Of a stretch of 64,000 bases of DNA, positions 8,516-18,048 are shown one piece after another. The notes below the pieces were generated by a model. It saw only the letters and a list, made by a program, of their open reading frames with translations, did no database searches and had not been told where the DNA came from. The stretch is from an uncultured Candidatus Saccharibacteria bacterium (GTDB lineage: Bacteria; Patescibacteriota; Saccharimonadia; Saccharimonadales; 2-12-FULL-41-12). A program made the translations under genes and the position numbers. The DNA is taken from contig CAMTYB010000001.1 in assembly GCA_947085855.1 (NCBI GenBank), forward strand, positions 277,788 to 341,787. Reading direction: 5' to 3'. Numbering within the stretch: position 1 is the first letter of the stretch; each line of letters opens with the position of its first letter.

Positions 8516-10492
8516 TTACTGGATTTCTAGAATCTGTACGTCGGGCCCGAGATCAAAGCTGGCAGTAGATTTGCCGCTTTCTAAGGCCGTATCAGCGGTA
8601 TTTATACTAAAGCGGTTAAACGACCTGTTATCGGGTAAACTAACCGTTACAGGCTTGCTGGGAGGCGTTAGGTCACGTCGGTACTGAATATCCCAGACTG
8701 AGTCTTTGCGCCAGAGTACCAGGTAGAATTTGCCGTTAGATTTTTGGACTAACATTTGCTGTAAGTTAGTCGTGTCGCCGCTGACCTTGTAGTCTAGTTT
8801 ATCCTTGCGCGCTTGGGCAGCAGGATCATCCTTAAGAACAGTGGTTAGACGCCGTATCGCCGTGGCGGCTGGCTTCTCGGCAAAGTTATAGCGATACATG
8901 CCAAAGTGGTCATTGAGATACAGCGCCATATTAAGCTGGGTTTCCGGCTGAATATTCACTAGTTCATACATAAACGCACGCTTGACCCCTGTTTGGAAAT
9001 ACGACAAGTAAATACGAGGGGCATATATACCAGCAGCGCGTTCCGACGCCGGAGCGGCTCCGCCGACATATGAAAGCGCATTATGATAACCCGTTTCTGT
9101 TGCCATGTAGGGCTTACCACCAGAAAGCGATCCGGCATCTTTCATGCTAGCTGCAATTCTGTCTTCTGGCGGCATACCACCGGGGTACGGATGCATATTA
9201 CCCATGTCGTACCATGAACTCAAATCTCCAACCTGTTGATGTGTTTCACCCCTGCAGTACGAGGCATTCAGTATCGGTATATTTTTTAAGGCAGGCCGAG
9301 CCTTGATTTGCTCAAACAAACTCTTTTGACTACTTTGCGTAATTTGTACCCATTGACTGGTTTCTTTCTTAAGGAAACAATCCGGCTCATTAAGCCCTTC
9401 TATACTACTTATAAAGTTAGCGGGTGCTTTCTGGTAGACATCTAGTTGCTGCGGTACGTTTTCCTTCGAAGCGATTATGCTGGTCTTTATCCCAAGCGGA
9501 GCTAGCTCATACAGTCGATCCTGCAAGACTTTTGAGCCATAAATACTACCGTCTCGAACGTGTCTCACCCCTAGCTCTCCGAGTCGTTGCTTAACCATAT
9601 CCCACCTCCCATAGGCAGTATTGGTGTACGTACTATGGATATTAACACCTATAGTATCGAGGAATTCATTGGCACTAACCGATTGTACGCCTACCGTATT
9701 TGTCGGGGGCGACACTGGACAGCCGTTATTTGAGATAGACCCGGCTTGCTGCGGACATTGATCACGAGGATCAACTACGCCGTCTCTATCAGAGTCTTTA
9801 GGGGCTGGCGTAACTGGACTTGGCAAGGTGACTGCACCAGCGCCACGCACAGTGACTTCATCAATGTAAATATTGCGATCACAACGCCACGGCTTCCAGT
9901 AGTCGTTAGTATACGCGACCGACAGATTATGCTTACCTTTGGTGACTGCAACTTTAAAGCTCACTTCTTGATAGCGCGTACTTTTAACGGTCTGCTTGCC
10001 AACCAGCTGGTTGTCCATTTTGACCTGGATTTCTGGGTGGCCATTACAGTTCTGGGCCTTGGCTCGAACGACAATTTCATTACCAACTTCCGGCACATCT
10101 ACATTTGCAGCATTGAGGGTAGCGTTGCTATACAGGAAAAAAGCTCGCTGCTTCGCTGCCGAACCATCGTTTACCGGCAGGCCAACCCACCGGTCTGGTA
10201 CTAAGTTCTCTGCTTGAACGCTAACTAAATTTTTACTAGCCGCGAAGCTATTTATGACTGTTATCACTCCAATAACACCGAAAGCAGCCACTATAACAGA
10301 CAGTGTTTTGCGCGAAAATGTGCGCGGTGACCCAAGTTTGCGACTAAACGAAATAACACTGCGGCCATCAGCTCCACCAGTGCCTGTAATGGTTGTTTCT
10401 ATCTGGTGAATTGACTGATGAACCGGTGGCGCCGGAGTCATCGCCGGCTTCTTGGATGATTTAGTTTTGTTTGATTTTTTTAACGCAGTCAT
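8516..10492 (-). CDS. Secreted/membrane-anchored putative glycoside hydrolase: CBM-like jelly-roll + Asp-rich Ca-binding linker + TIM-barrel with clan GH-A-like motifs
   Basis: N-terminal TM (TLSVIVAAFGVIGVITVI). CBM-like module ending NIYIDEVTVRG. TSP3-like DSDRDGVVDPRDQCP. Barrel with IEGLNEPD (acid/base-like NEP) and MATETGYH (nucleophile-like E). Family assignment is not possible by eye. Confidence 0.5.
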   Translation of the reverse strand: MTALKKSNKTKSSKKPAMTPAPPVHQSIHQIETTITGTGGADGRSVISFSRKLGSPRTFSRKTLSVIVAAFGVIGVITVINSFAASKNLVSVQAENLVPDRWVGLPVNDGSAAKQRAFFLYSNATLNAANVDVPEVGNEIVVRAKAQNCNGHPEIQVKMDNQLVGKQTVKSTRYQEVSFKVAVTKGKHNLSVAYTNDYWKPWRCDRNIYIDEVTVRGAGAVTLPSPVTPAPKDSDRDGVVDPRDQCPQQAGSISNNGCPVSPPTNTVGVQSVSANEFLDTIGVNIHSTYTNTAYGRWDMVKQRLGELGVRHVRDGSIYGSKVLQDRLYELAPLGIKTSIIASKENVPQQLDVYQKAPANFISSIEGLNEPDCFLKKETSQWVQITQSSQKSLFEQIKARPALKNIPILNASYCRGETHQQVGDLSSWYDMGNMHPYPGGMPPEDRIAASMKDAGSLSGGKPYMATETGYHNALSYVGGAAPASERAAGIYAPRIYLSYFQTGVKRAFMYELVNIQPETQLNMALYLNDHFGMYRYNFAEKPAATAIRRLTTVLKDDPAAQARKDKLDYKVSGDTTNLQQMLVQKSNGKFYLVLWRKDSVWDIQYRRDLTPPSKPVTVSLPDNRSFNRFSINTADTALESGKSTASFDLGPDVQILEIQ

Positions 10493-10568
10493 AACAAATG
10501 TATGCTTTATAGTTTTTATTTAATATTTATATACTTCTATTTGCAGTATATTCCTGTGGCACGGAGAG

Positions 10569-13448
10569 TCAAGATTTTACTAGTCTGATAGTTAGTTCTG
10601 CGCCCTCCACTTTGACGACAGTCGTAAAGCCATCATCCACCTTACCTAGAGATTTAGTTAACGTTTCTTCGGTAATAATCTCTTCAAAGTCTCTGACCGC
10701 CTTACTCAGTTCGGCGTCTTTTGTAACTAGTTCTAGCTTGATGCGATCATCTACCTGTAGCCCAGCTTGCTTGCGACTATTCTGGATATGGCGAACTACT
10801 TCGCGCATCAAACCTTCCCGCTTCAGTTCGGGTGTTATCTCAAGATTCATGACTACAGCTGGAGCATCTTCACGCTGGTGAGTTACAACCTCTTTAACAT
10901 TCAACTCTTCGATAATCACCTGCTTAAGCTCGTCATTCAAGAGACCCAGTGGGTCACGTACCGTCACAGATTGCAGTGGCTGCCGCACCTTTATGCTCGC
11001 TTTGGCCCGCTGACTCAGCCCTTCGTTGATCACTTCTCGAACAAAGGCCATATCGCGCACGATCAGTTCATTGATATGACCTGATTCTGGCCAATCTAAC
11101 AGATGGACACTCTCACCCCGGGTCAGCTTCTGGTACAACTCCTCTGCCAGAAACGGCGTAAACGGCGCCAAGATCAGGCTCAGCTGCACTAAAACATAGT
11201 GCAGCGTCCGGTAAGCGGCGTCTTTGTCACTACCTGTGCCGCTCTTCCAGAAACGACGACGCGAGCGACGCACGTACCAGTTAGAAGCATCCTCGATGAA
11301 TGGTAGTACCGGCTTGAGCGCATTCGGCACATCATAGGCTTCCATGTGCGTATCTACTGCCTGACTCAGCTGGTGAACACGGCTGACGATCCAGATATCC
11401 AGCGAATTCTCGAGTTGTGGCGTCGGATCGTCTAAACTTCCGTCCCATTCCCAATTATCAACATCGGCGTACATCGTAAAGAAATCGTACATATTCCAGA
11501 TCATACTCAACTTGCGAGCGACGTCACCGACTTCTTTATCTTGCAAGCTAAAGTCTTCGGCGTTCAACACCGGTGAGCTCAGCAGCAAAAACCGCAACGA
11601 GTCAGCACTATACTTATCCATTAATTCATTCGGATTTGTATAGTTACCATACGATTTGCTCATCTTACGACCGTCATTGCCGGCAAGCGTACCAGTAACA
11701 ATAACGTTTTTGAAGGCAGCCTTGCCGAAAAGACCGATGTTTACCACGTGCAGATAGTAAAACCAGGCACGGACCTGCGGAATATATTCGGCAATGAAGT
11801 CCCCGGGGAAGTTTTGTTCAAATTTTTGCTTGTTTTCAAATGGGTAATGGAACTGCGCAAACGGCATAGAACCCGACTCAAACCAGCAGTCCAACACTTT
11901 ATCGACGCGCTTATACTGGACGCCGTCTTTTTCGAACTCAATATCATCAACCCATGGGCGATGGTAGTCATCCAACTCCACACCTGATAGTTCTTTGAGC
12001 TCGGCGTAGCCACCGACGACAATCTGCTGTTTAACGCCATTTTTGTCGACGCCTTCCCAGACCGGCATAGCTGTGGCCCAAAAACGGTCGCGAGACAGAT
12101 TCCAATCTGGTGCGGCTTCAATGTTCTTCTCGAAGCGGCCATGCTTGATGTGCGGCGGAAACCAGTTGATTGATTCGGTGTTTTCGGCCAACATATCATG
12201 CTTCTGCCCCTGGATGTCCAAGAACCAGCTCGGGTGCGCTCGGTACATCAAACGCGTGCCACAGCGATGACAATGCGGGTAACTGTGCAGGATATAGTCG
12301 ATTTTCCAGACAAGACCACGCTCGTGCAATGCCTTGGCAATCGTTTTATTGATCTCCCAGACGTTCTCACCCTCCCATTCACCTTCGCTGTAGAGACCAT
12401 TGGCATCAATAACGTGCACAATCGGCACATCATTTTGCTGTGCCAGCTCAAAGTCTTCTTCACCATACGCCGGTGCTAAATGGACGATACCAGTACCATC
12501 TTCATCGCTCACGTAATCGGCCGCCCAAACTTTGTGGGCATTTTTACCCCTGTTTTCAAACAGCGGTTCATAGCTTTTACCGACGAGGTCTTTACCTTTA
12601 AGTGTACGAACTACTTCATATTTGAGTTCCTGGTGTTTTTCATCAGTCAAAACCTTCCCGACTAAAGCCTTAGCGAGGATAAACTGCTCATCCCCGACCG
12701 TAACTTCGACATATTCAAGGTCTTTGTTGACGGCGGCGGCCGTATTGGCCGGCAGCGTCCACGGCGTAGTCGTCCAGGCCAACAGCGTTGAGCCATCTTC
12801 TAGCTTAAACTTCACATAGACACTCGGGTCAGTCACATCTTGATAAGCGCCGGCATCCATGGTGACTTCGGCTTTAGACAGTGGCGTAGCATCGCGCGTA
12901 CAGTACATGAGTACGCGTTCGCCTTCGTAGATTTTGCCTTTTTCGTGGAGTGTTTTGAAGGCCCACCAGACCGATTCCATGTACTCTTTGTCCATCGTTT
13001 TGTAGGCGCCCTTAAAGTCAACCCAACGACCAATACGATCAATGTATTCTTCCCAGAGACCACTGGTCTGCACCATATTGTCACGAGCCGTGGTGGTATA
13101 TTCTTCTAGACTGATCTTGGTGCCAATATCGCGGCGGTCTTTGATGCCCAGTTTTTTCTCGGTAAAAACCTCAGCCGGCAAGCCGTGACAATCCCAGCCC
13201 CAAACTCGCTCGACTCGCTTACCCTTCATAGTCCAGTAACGCGGCACAGCGTCCTTGATGATGGAGCTCAGGAGTGTACCATGGTGCGGCACACCGGTGA
13301 TAAACGGTGGACCATCATAAAACACGTAAGCGTTAGAAGCCGGGCGTTGCGAAATCGACTTCTCGAACGTCTTGTGTTTTTTCCAATAGCCAATCAAATC
13401 CTTCTCGTACTCGATCGCTTTGCGACGGGTATTCTGGGTAAATTTCAT
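10569..13448 (-). CDS. ileS: Isoleucyl-tRNA synthetase, type 2 (eukaryote-like) form
   Basis: HIGH-region PPFITGVPHHGTLL, GWDCHGLP, KMSKS motif RKMSKSYGN. Preceded by a T-box leader with an AUC specifier candidate. Confidence 0.92.
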   Translation of the reverse strand: MKFTQNTRRKAIEYEKDLIGYWKKHKTFEKSISQRPASNAYVFYDGPPFITGVPHHGTLLSSIIKDAVPRYWTMKGKRVERVWGWDCHGLPAEVFTEKKLGIKDRRDIGTKISLEEYTTTARDNMVQTSGLWEEYIDRIGRWVDFKGAYKTMDKEYMESVWWAFKTLHEKGKIYEGERVLMYCTRDATPLSKAEVTMDAGAYQDVTDPSVYVKFKLEDGSTLLAWTTTPWTLPANTAAAVNKDLEYVEVTVGDEQFILAKALVGKVLTDEKHQELKYEVVRTLKGKDLVGKSYEPLFENRGKNAHKVWAADYVSDEDGTGIVHLAPAYGEEDFELAQQNDVPIVHVIDANGLYSEGEWEGENVWEINKTIAKALHERGLVWKIDYILHSYPHCHRCGTRLMYRAHPSWFLDIQGQKHDMLAENTESINWFPPHIKHGRFEKNIEAAPDWNLSRDRFWATAMPVWEGVDKNGVKQQIVVGGYAELKELSGVELDDYHRPWVDDIEFEKDGVQYKRVDKVLDCWFESGSMPFAQFHYPFENKQKFEQNFPGDFIAEYIPQVRAWFYYLHVVNIGLFGKAAFKNVIVTGTLAGNDGRKMSKSYGNYTNPNELMDKYSADSLRFLLLSSPVLNAEDFSLQDKEVGDVARKLSMIWNMYDFFTMYADVDNWEWDGSLDDPTPQLENSLDIWIVSRVHQLSQAVDTHMEAYDVPNALKPVLPFIEDASNWYVRRSRRRFWKSGTGSDKDAAYRTLHYVLVQLSLILAPFTPFLAEELYQKLTRGESVHLLDWPESGHINELIVRDMAFVREVINEGLSQRAKASIKVRQPLQSVTVRDPLGLLNDELKQVIIEELNVKEVVTHQREDAPAVVMNLEITPELKREGLMREVVRHIQNSRKQAGLQVDDRIKLELVTKDAELSKAVRDFEEIITEETLTKSLGKVDDGFTTVVKVEGAELTIRLVKS

Positions 13449-13454
13449 CGGCTG

Positions 13455-13725
13455 GCTCCTTTACTTACTGGGTTTTTCTAAAAATAAAAACATCTCGTCT
13501 GTCGGCTAGAACCCATAACACTTACGATTATACGGGCGGTACCATCTAGCTTCCAAACGAGATGCTTTTATCTCACTCGGCACTTATTTGACCGATGTAA
13601 CGGCTCGGGTCCGGCAGAATCTACTTGGCCAAATGGCCGTTCTTTCTGCTGCTTCGCGGCTGATAACCGCTCATTTCTATCGCAAAACTGCTCTAGAAAG
13701 TGCATTTACAGAGAAATTATAGCGC
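13455..13725 (-). promoter_or_regulatory. T-box leader (tRNA-sensing riboswitch) of ileS
   Basis: On the minus strand: GCGATAGAAATGAGC stem I base; T-box core AGATGGTACCGCC (13535-13547); antiterminator helices GCTAGA/TCTAGC and CCCGTA/TATGGG around a UGGUACC bulge; CATCTCGT/ACGAGATG stem plus T-run (13480-13498, 13557-13564). Confidence 0.7.
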
Positions 13726-13755
13726 GACAACAGGCATTCGTCTACCTTTAACAGA

Positions 13756-14022
13756 TCAAGACGCAGCGTAGTACGCCACTTCATTGCGCAAAGGCAGCAT
13801 GTCGCCATCCCACGACCTGAGTACCTGCCCATCATTAGTCAACGCCAGAACTGCTGGATAGCGCATGATGTCATACAGGCTAGCCATTGAGGCGCCATCA
13901 CGAGTATCGAGGCTCATCAGCTCAATTTTATGCGGATTACTATCGTGTGATAAATCACGCACAAAATCTTCCACCTGGCGAGCGTGCTCTGAATTTGGTC
14001 GATAAAGCACTATCACTTTCAT
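13756..14022 (-). CDS. Small hypothetical protein (88 aa)
   Basis: Compact ORF immediately upstream of the ileS leader. The alpha/beta pattern resembles a thioredoxin-like fold but has no CxxC, so the function is unknown. Confidence 0.5.
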   Translation of the reverse strand: MKVIVLYRPNSEHARQVEDFVRDLSHDSNPHKIELMSLDTRDGASMASLYDIMRYPAVLALTNDGQVLRSWDGDMLPLRNEVAYYAAS

Positions 14023-14104
14023 AACTTCAGTATAACCAGCCCGCTTCTGTATGCCAAGCTGCTCTTGCTTGCAAACACCTTAATTTTGCTATAAGTTAGA
14101 ATGC

Positions 14105-14326
14105 ATGAGTATACAAAACAACTACGAGACAGACCCCTCAACATCAAACGAGCTCCTCGGCTCTCCAGCACATCACCTCCCTGGTGAAAATGACGTTCCA
14201 GCAGAGCTAGAAGACCAGCTTCATTTCTCTGCAGACGAACTTGGCCTAACTGCAACTGAGGCTGCTGCACTCGCTGCCGCCGAAGACGTCTGGCCAGAAG
14301 ACGAACTCATCGAACCGTTATACTAG
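14105..14326 (+). CDS. Small acidic hypothetical protein (73 aa)
   Basis: The ORF ends 18 nt before a strong bidirectional terminator. TAGAAT lies directly upstream of the ATG, suggesting a possibly leaderless mRNA. No SD. An antisense ORF overlaps it, so the coding status is uncertain. Confidence 0.4.
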   Translation: MSIQNNYETDPSTSNELLGSPAHHLPGENDVPAELEDQLHFSADELGLTATEAAALAAAEDVWPEDELIEPLY

Positions 14327-14344
14327 AGTTCGCTATACAGTACT

Positions 14345-14371
14345 AAAAGCCCCGGAAATTCCGGGGCTTTT
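14345..14371. terminator. Bidirectional intrinsic terminator (nrdJ and the small + ORF)
   Basis: AAAAGCCCCGG-aaatt-CCGGGGCTTTT, with T-runs on both strands. Confidence 0.8.
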
Positions 14372-14393
14372 GCTTTACTGGGTGCTCAGAGGT

Positions 14394-17240
14394 TTATGAG
14401 CAGCCAGTGGTGCTTCCGCATGAGGTACAGACGTAACAGCTACCTGATCGTTGGGTCTGGTTGCCGCAGTTGTAACACATTGGAGCGGTGTCGTCCTTCT
14501 TGATAGAAGAGGCTGACTTGCCTTGACTAGCCTTGGCTTCGAGCTCGCTCTTGGTAGCGACTGGAGCTGCAGCTACTGCTGGCTTAGGCTCTTCAGCAAC
14601 TGCTACCGCTTCTGCTGGCTCAGGAGCCGGTGCTGGCGCTTCTGCGACCGCTACAAGCCCTTCTTCACCTAAGAAGCTGGTTTGCTCGTCTGGCATGTCT
14701 TCAATTGATTCTAGGCCAAGCTCAAGTCGATCATCGAACGACAAGTAGCTGTATGCCAAGCGCTTGAAGATGTAGTCAACGATTGAGGTCGCGGTGCGGA
14801 CTTCTGGGTCGTCGGTCATGCCAGCTGGCGCAAAGGTCATGCTCGTAAGTGCATGGACGTAGCTCTTGAGTGGTACGCCGTACTGCAAGCCGTAGCTAAC
14901 AGAGATGGCGAGTGCATCCATAACACCAGCGAGAGTTGAGCCTTGCTTGGCGATCTTCATAAAGACTTCACCGGGGGTGCCGTCTTCGAATTCACCAACG
15001 GTTACGAAGCCCTTGCTGCCAGCTACGGTGAACTCAAAGGTTCGAGCTGCGCGGAACTTCGGTAGTTCGCGGCGGATGGCGCCACGGACGATGAACTGAT
15101 CATTGACTGCTTCAACTGGGCTGGCTGGTGCTGCCACAGGGGCTTCTTCAGCTGGCTTATCTTTCTTGGCCATCGACAACGGTTGGGCAACTTTACAGTT
15201 ATCGCGGTAAATTGCGACAGCTTTGAGACCCATTTTCCATGCATCAATGTGTAGTTGCTCGACTTCTTCAACAGTTGCCTCTTCTGGCATGTTGACAGTT
15301 TTGCTAATAGCACCAGAAAGGAACGGCTGAACCGCAGCCATCATCTTGACGTGACCAAGGTAATGGATAGAGTTGTCGCCCATTGAGCACGCAAAGACAG
15401 GGCGATGCTCTTCTTTGAGGTGCGGAGCACCAGTGATGGTCTTTTCTTCATTAATGTAGGTAACGATGTCGTTGACTTCGTCCTTGTTGTAGCCGAGCGC
15501 TCTGAGAGCGCGAGGCACTGTCTGATTAACGATGTGCATGGTGCCGCCGCCGACGAGCTTCTTGACCTTAACCAAACCGAGGTCTGGTTCAATGCCAGTG
15601 GTGTCGCAGTCCATCATCAAGCCAATGGTGCCGGTTGGCGCCAATACGCTGGCTTGTGAGTTACGGACGCCATAGAGATCACCAAGCTCAACTGCTTCGT
15701 CCCAGGCACTGGCAGCTGCGCTGAGCAGTTGCTCTGACACGAGGCTGGCGTTGATCTCGTTAACAGCCGCCCGGTGCTGCTTCAATACCTTAATCATGCC
15801 AGAACGATCTTTGGTGTAGCCAGCGAATGGACCGATCTTGCGGGCAATTTTAGCGCTGGTAGCGTAGGCGTGACCAGTCATAAGAGCGGTAATGGCAGCA
15901 GCCTGAGCTCGACCTTCAGCTGAGTCATACGGCAAGCCTTGAGCCATAAGCAATGCACCGAGGTTAGCGTAACCGATACCAAGTTCGCGGTAAGCACGAG
16001 CATTCTTGGTAATGCTTTCGGTTGGATATTCACTGTAGCCAACCAAGATTTCTTGAGCTGTAAAGATGAGCTCGACGGTGTGCTTGAAAGCTTCGATATC
16101 AAAGGTATTATCAGCACGTAAATACTTGAGCAAATTGATTGAAGCCAAGTTACAGGCTGAGTTATCAAGGTGCATGTATTCTGAACATGGGTTTGAACCG
16201 TTGATACGACCTGCTTTTGGCGTCGTGTGCCAATTATTGATGGTGGTATCAAACTGCATACCAGGGTCGGCACATTCCCAAGCCGCCAGGGCAAACTCGC
16301 GGAAGAGCTTGCGGGCCTTGACCGTCTTGACTGACTTACCGGTGGTAACTTCCTTCAAATCCCAGTCTTCGTCGTTTTCGACAGCTTTCATGAAGTCATC
16401 GGTGACACGAACTGAGTTGTTAGCATTCTGATATTGAACTGAGAATGAATCTTTACCGTTAAGGCTCATATCAAATCCAGCGGCTTGCAAAGCTCGAGCC
16501 TTGCGCTCTTCTATAGCCTTACACCAGATGAATTCTTCCACGTCTGGGTGATCAACATTCAGGATGACCATTTTAGCGGCTCGACGAGTTTTGCCACCAC
16601 TCTTAATGGCACCGGCTGATGCATCAGCACCGCGCATAAAGCTGAGAGGACCTGATGCCGTACCAGCTGATTTGCCAAGCGCTTCGACTGAGCTACGGAT
16701 CTGGCTCAAGTTAGTACCTGCGCCTGAACCACCCTTAAAGACCATGCCTTCTTCTCTATACCAGTTCAAAATGGCTGGCATAGTGTCTTCAACACCAAGG
16801 ATAAAGCACGCACTCGCCTGCTGAGCACGATCTGGGGCACCAATATTGAACCAAACTGGTGAGTTAAAAGCAGCTCGTTGTGTTGCTAATATGTATTTTA
16901 GCTCTTCGCGGAAGTCTTCGGCTTCCTTTTCTGAACTAAAGTAATCTTCTTGCACTCCCTGTCGAGTGATGGTGTCGGCTACTCGATTGATCAGTTCTTT
17001 GAGTGAAGATTCGCGACCTTCAGTACCCGGTGTACCACTAAAGTACTTCTGCGCCACGATATTGATGGCATTTAATGACCAGCTTTCTGGAAATTCGACG
17101 CCACGTTGCTCGAACACGTTTTTGCCGGTCATCGGGTTGGTGATGATCGAATCACGCTTGACCCACTTCAGGCTATCGTAGCCCTTAGTTTTTGGGTCGG
17201 TGAATAGACGACCCAACGTTAGATTGGTAGTTTGCCCCAT
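14394..17240 (-). CDS. nrdJ: Class II (adenosylcobalamin-dependent) ribonucleotide reductase NrdJ
   Basis: Typical N-terminus (KWVKRDSIITNPMTGKNVFEQRGVEFPESWS), active-site SNPCSEY, and a C-terminal Cys cluster CYNCGNQTQRSGSCYVCTSCGSTTGC. A Pro/Ala/Glu-rich low-complexity insert precedes the C-terminal Cys cluster. Confidence 0.92.
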   Translation of the reverse strand: MGQTTNLTLGRLFTDPKTKGYDSLKWVKRDSIITNPMTGKNVFEQRGVEFPESWSLNAINIVAQKYFSGTPGTEGRESSLKELINRVADTITRQGVQEDYFSSEKEAEDFREELKYILATQRAAFNSPVWFNIGAPDRAQQASACFILGVEDTMPAILNWYREEGMVFKGGSGAGTNLSQIRSSVEALGKSAGTASGPLSFMRGADASAGAIKSGGKTRRAAKMVILNVDHPDVEEFIWCKAIEERKARALQAAGFDMSLNGKDSFSVQYQNANNSVRVTDDFMKAVENDEDWDLKEVTTGKSVKTVKARKLFREFALAAWECADPGMQFDTTINNWHTTPKAGRINGSNPCSEYMHLDNSACNLASINLLKYLRADNTFDIEAFKHTVELIFTAQEILVGYSEYPTESITKNARAYRELGIGYANLGALLMAQGLPYDSAEGRAQAAAITALMTGHAYATSAKIARKIGPFAGYTKDRSGMIKVLKQHRAAVNEINASLVSEQLLSAAASAWDEAVELGDLYGVRNSQASVLAPTGTIGLMMDCDTTGIEPDLGLVKVKKLVGGGTMHIVNQTVPRALRALGYNKDEVNDIVTYINEEKTITGAPHLKEEHRPVFACSMGDNSIHYLGHVKMMAAVQPFLSGAISKTVNMPEEATVEEVEQLHIDAWKMGLKAVAIYRDNCKVAQPLSMAKKDKPAEEAPVAAPASPVEAVNDQFIVRGAIRRELPKFRAARTFEFTVAGSKGFVTVGEFEDGTPGEVFMKIAKQGSTLAGVMDALAISVSYGLQYGVPLKSYVHALTSMTFAPAGMTDDPEVRTATSIVDYIFKRLAYSYLSFDDRLELGLESIEDMPDEQTSFLGEEGLVAVAEAPAPAPEPAEAVAVAEEPKPAVAAAPVATKSELEAKASQGKSASSIKKDDTAPMCYNCGNQTQRSGSCYVCTSCGSTTGCS

Positions 17241-17393
17241 ATTGGTTCCCTCGCTTTATTGGTTTAGTTTTATATTTGGCTTTTTATTTAGAGATCCTCC
17301 CAGAGCTCTCCACGGTGTTTGGCCTTGTTGTTTTTCGGCTAAACAGCGAGGAGAGCTGTCGAATCCGCCTAATGTCTCTAGGGCTCCCCCTAT

Positions 17394-17873
17394 TTAGGCT
17401 TCGACTTGCTCGAGTTCAGTTTTACGTCGGCGAATATCCGATAGTTCGCGTTCAAAGCTCGCAATATCTTTGAAGCGTCGGTACACACTGGCGAAACGAA
17501 CGTAGGCAACCTCGTCGAGTACGGCGAGCTTGTCCATAACGAGTTCTCCAATTTGAGTGGTTTGCACCTCTCCCTCGCTACAGGCGTAGAGCTCTTCTTC
17601 TAATTCTGCTACGAGTTGTTCCAGTTGAACGCTCGTGACAGAAGTCTTCTCGCAGGCGCGATACAATCCAGCCAGCAATTTGTTTCTATTAAATAGCTCT
17701 CGGACGTCGTTGTTCTTGATAACGATTAGTTGAGGACGCTCAATTCTCTCATAGGTCGTAAACCTATAGTTACATGAGGTGCACTCACGACGACGACGAA
17801 TTGCTTCGCCATTACCTGCTTCTCGTGACTCAATAACTTTGGTATCGGCTGCATGGCATCGATTACAATTCAT
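17394..17873 (-). CDS. nrdR: Transcriptional repressor NrdR
   Basis: Zn-ribbon MNCNRCHAADTKVIESR...CTSCNYRFTTYERIE followed by an ATP-cone. Lies directly upstream of nrdJ. Confidence 0.92.
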   Translation of the reverse strand: MNCNRCHAADTKVIESREAGNGEAIRRRRECTSCNYRFTTYERIERPQLIVIKNNDVRELFNRNKLLAGLYRACEKTSVTSVQLEQLVAELEEELYACSEGEVQTTQIGELVMDKLAVLDEVAYVRFASVYRRFKDIASFERELSDIRRRKTELEQVEA

Positions 17874-17944
17874 ATGTCCTCAATCCTTTGCACTCCTTTT
17901 ACCCCAGTTTCCTGTTGTGTTTTTCTGTTAAAGTTACGACGCAT

Positions 17945-17960
17945 ACACTATATATAGCGT
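17945..17960. promoter_or_regulatory. NrdR box upstream of nrdR
   Basis: ACACTATATATAGCGT matches the published NrdR-box consensus acaCwAtATaTwGtgt at 15/16 positions. A degenerate second box ACGCTAGCCATAGCGC lies at 17978-17993, about 33 bp centre-to-centre. Confidence 0.6.
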
Positions 17961-18048
17961 TACTGCTATTAATAGTAACGCTAGCCATAGCGCTTTGCAA
18001 GTCTATTTACGTAGTATTAATTACGTTATTTTAGGACAATTCTATCTG

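Noticed and set aside
14019-14270. An 83-aa minus-strand ORF overlapping the 73-aa plus-strand ORF.
   Set aside because: It would overlap the 13756-14022 gene start region and has an implausible Arg/Leu-rich composition. The plus-strand ORF ends neatly at the terminator. Neither ORF is certain.
17241-17393. Cobalamin riboswitch or NrdR box in the nrdR-nrdJ spacer. An AGCTCTCC/GGAGAGCT inverted repeat and an AAATATAAAA core are present.
   Set aside because: No B12-box-like sequence is present, and the best NrdR-box alignment gives only about 8/16 matches.
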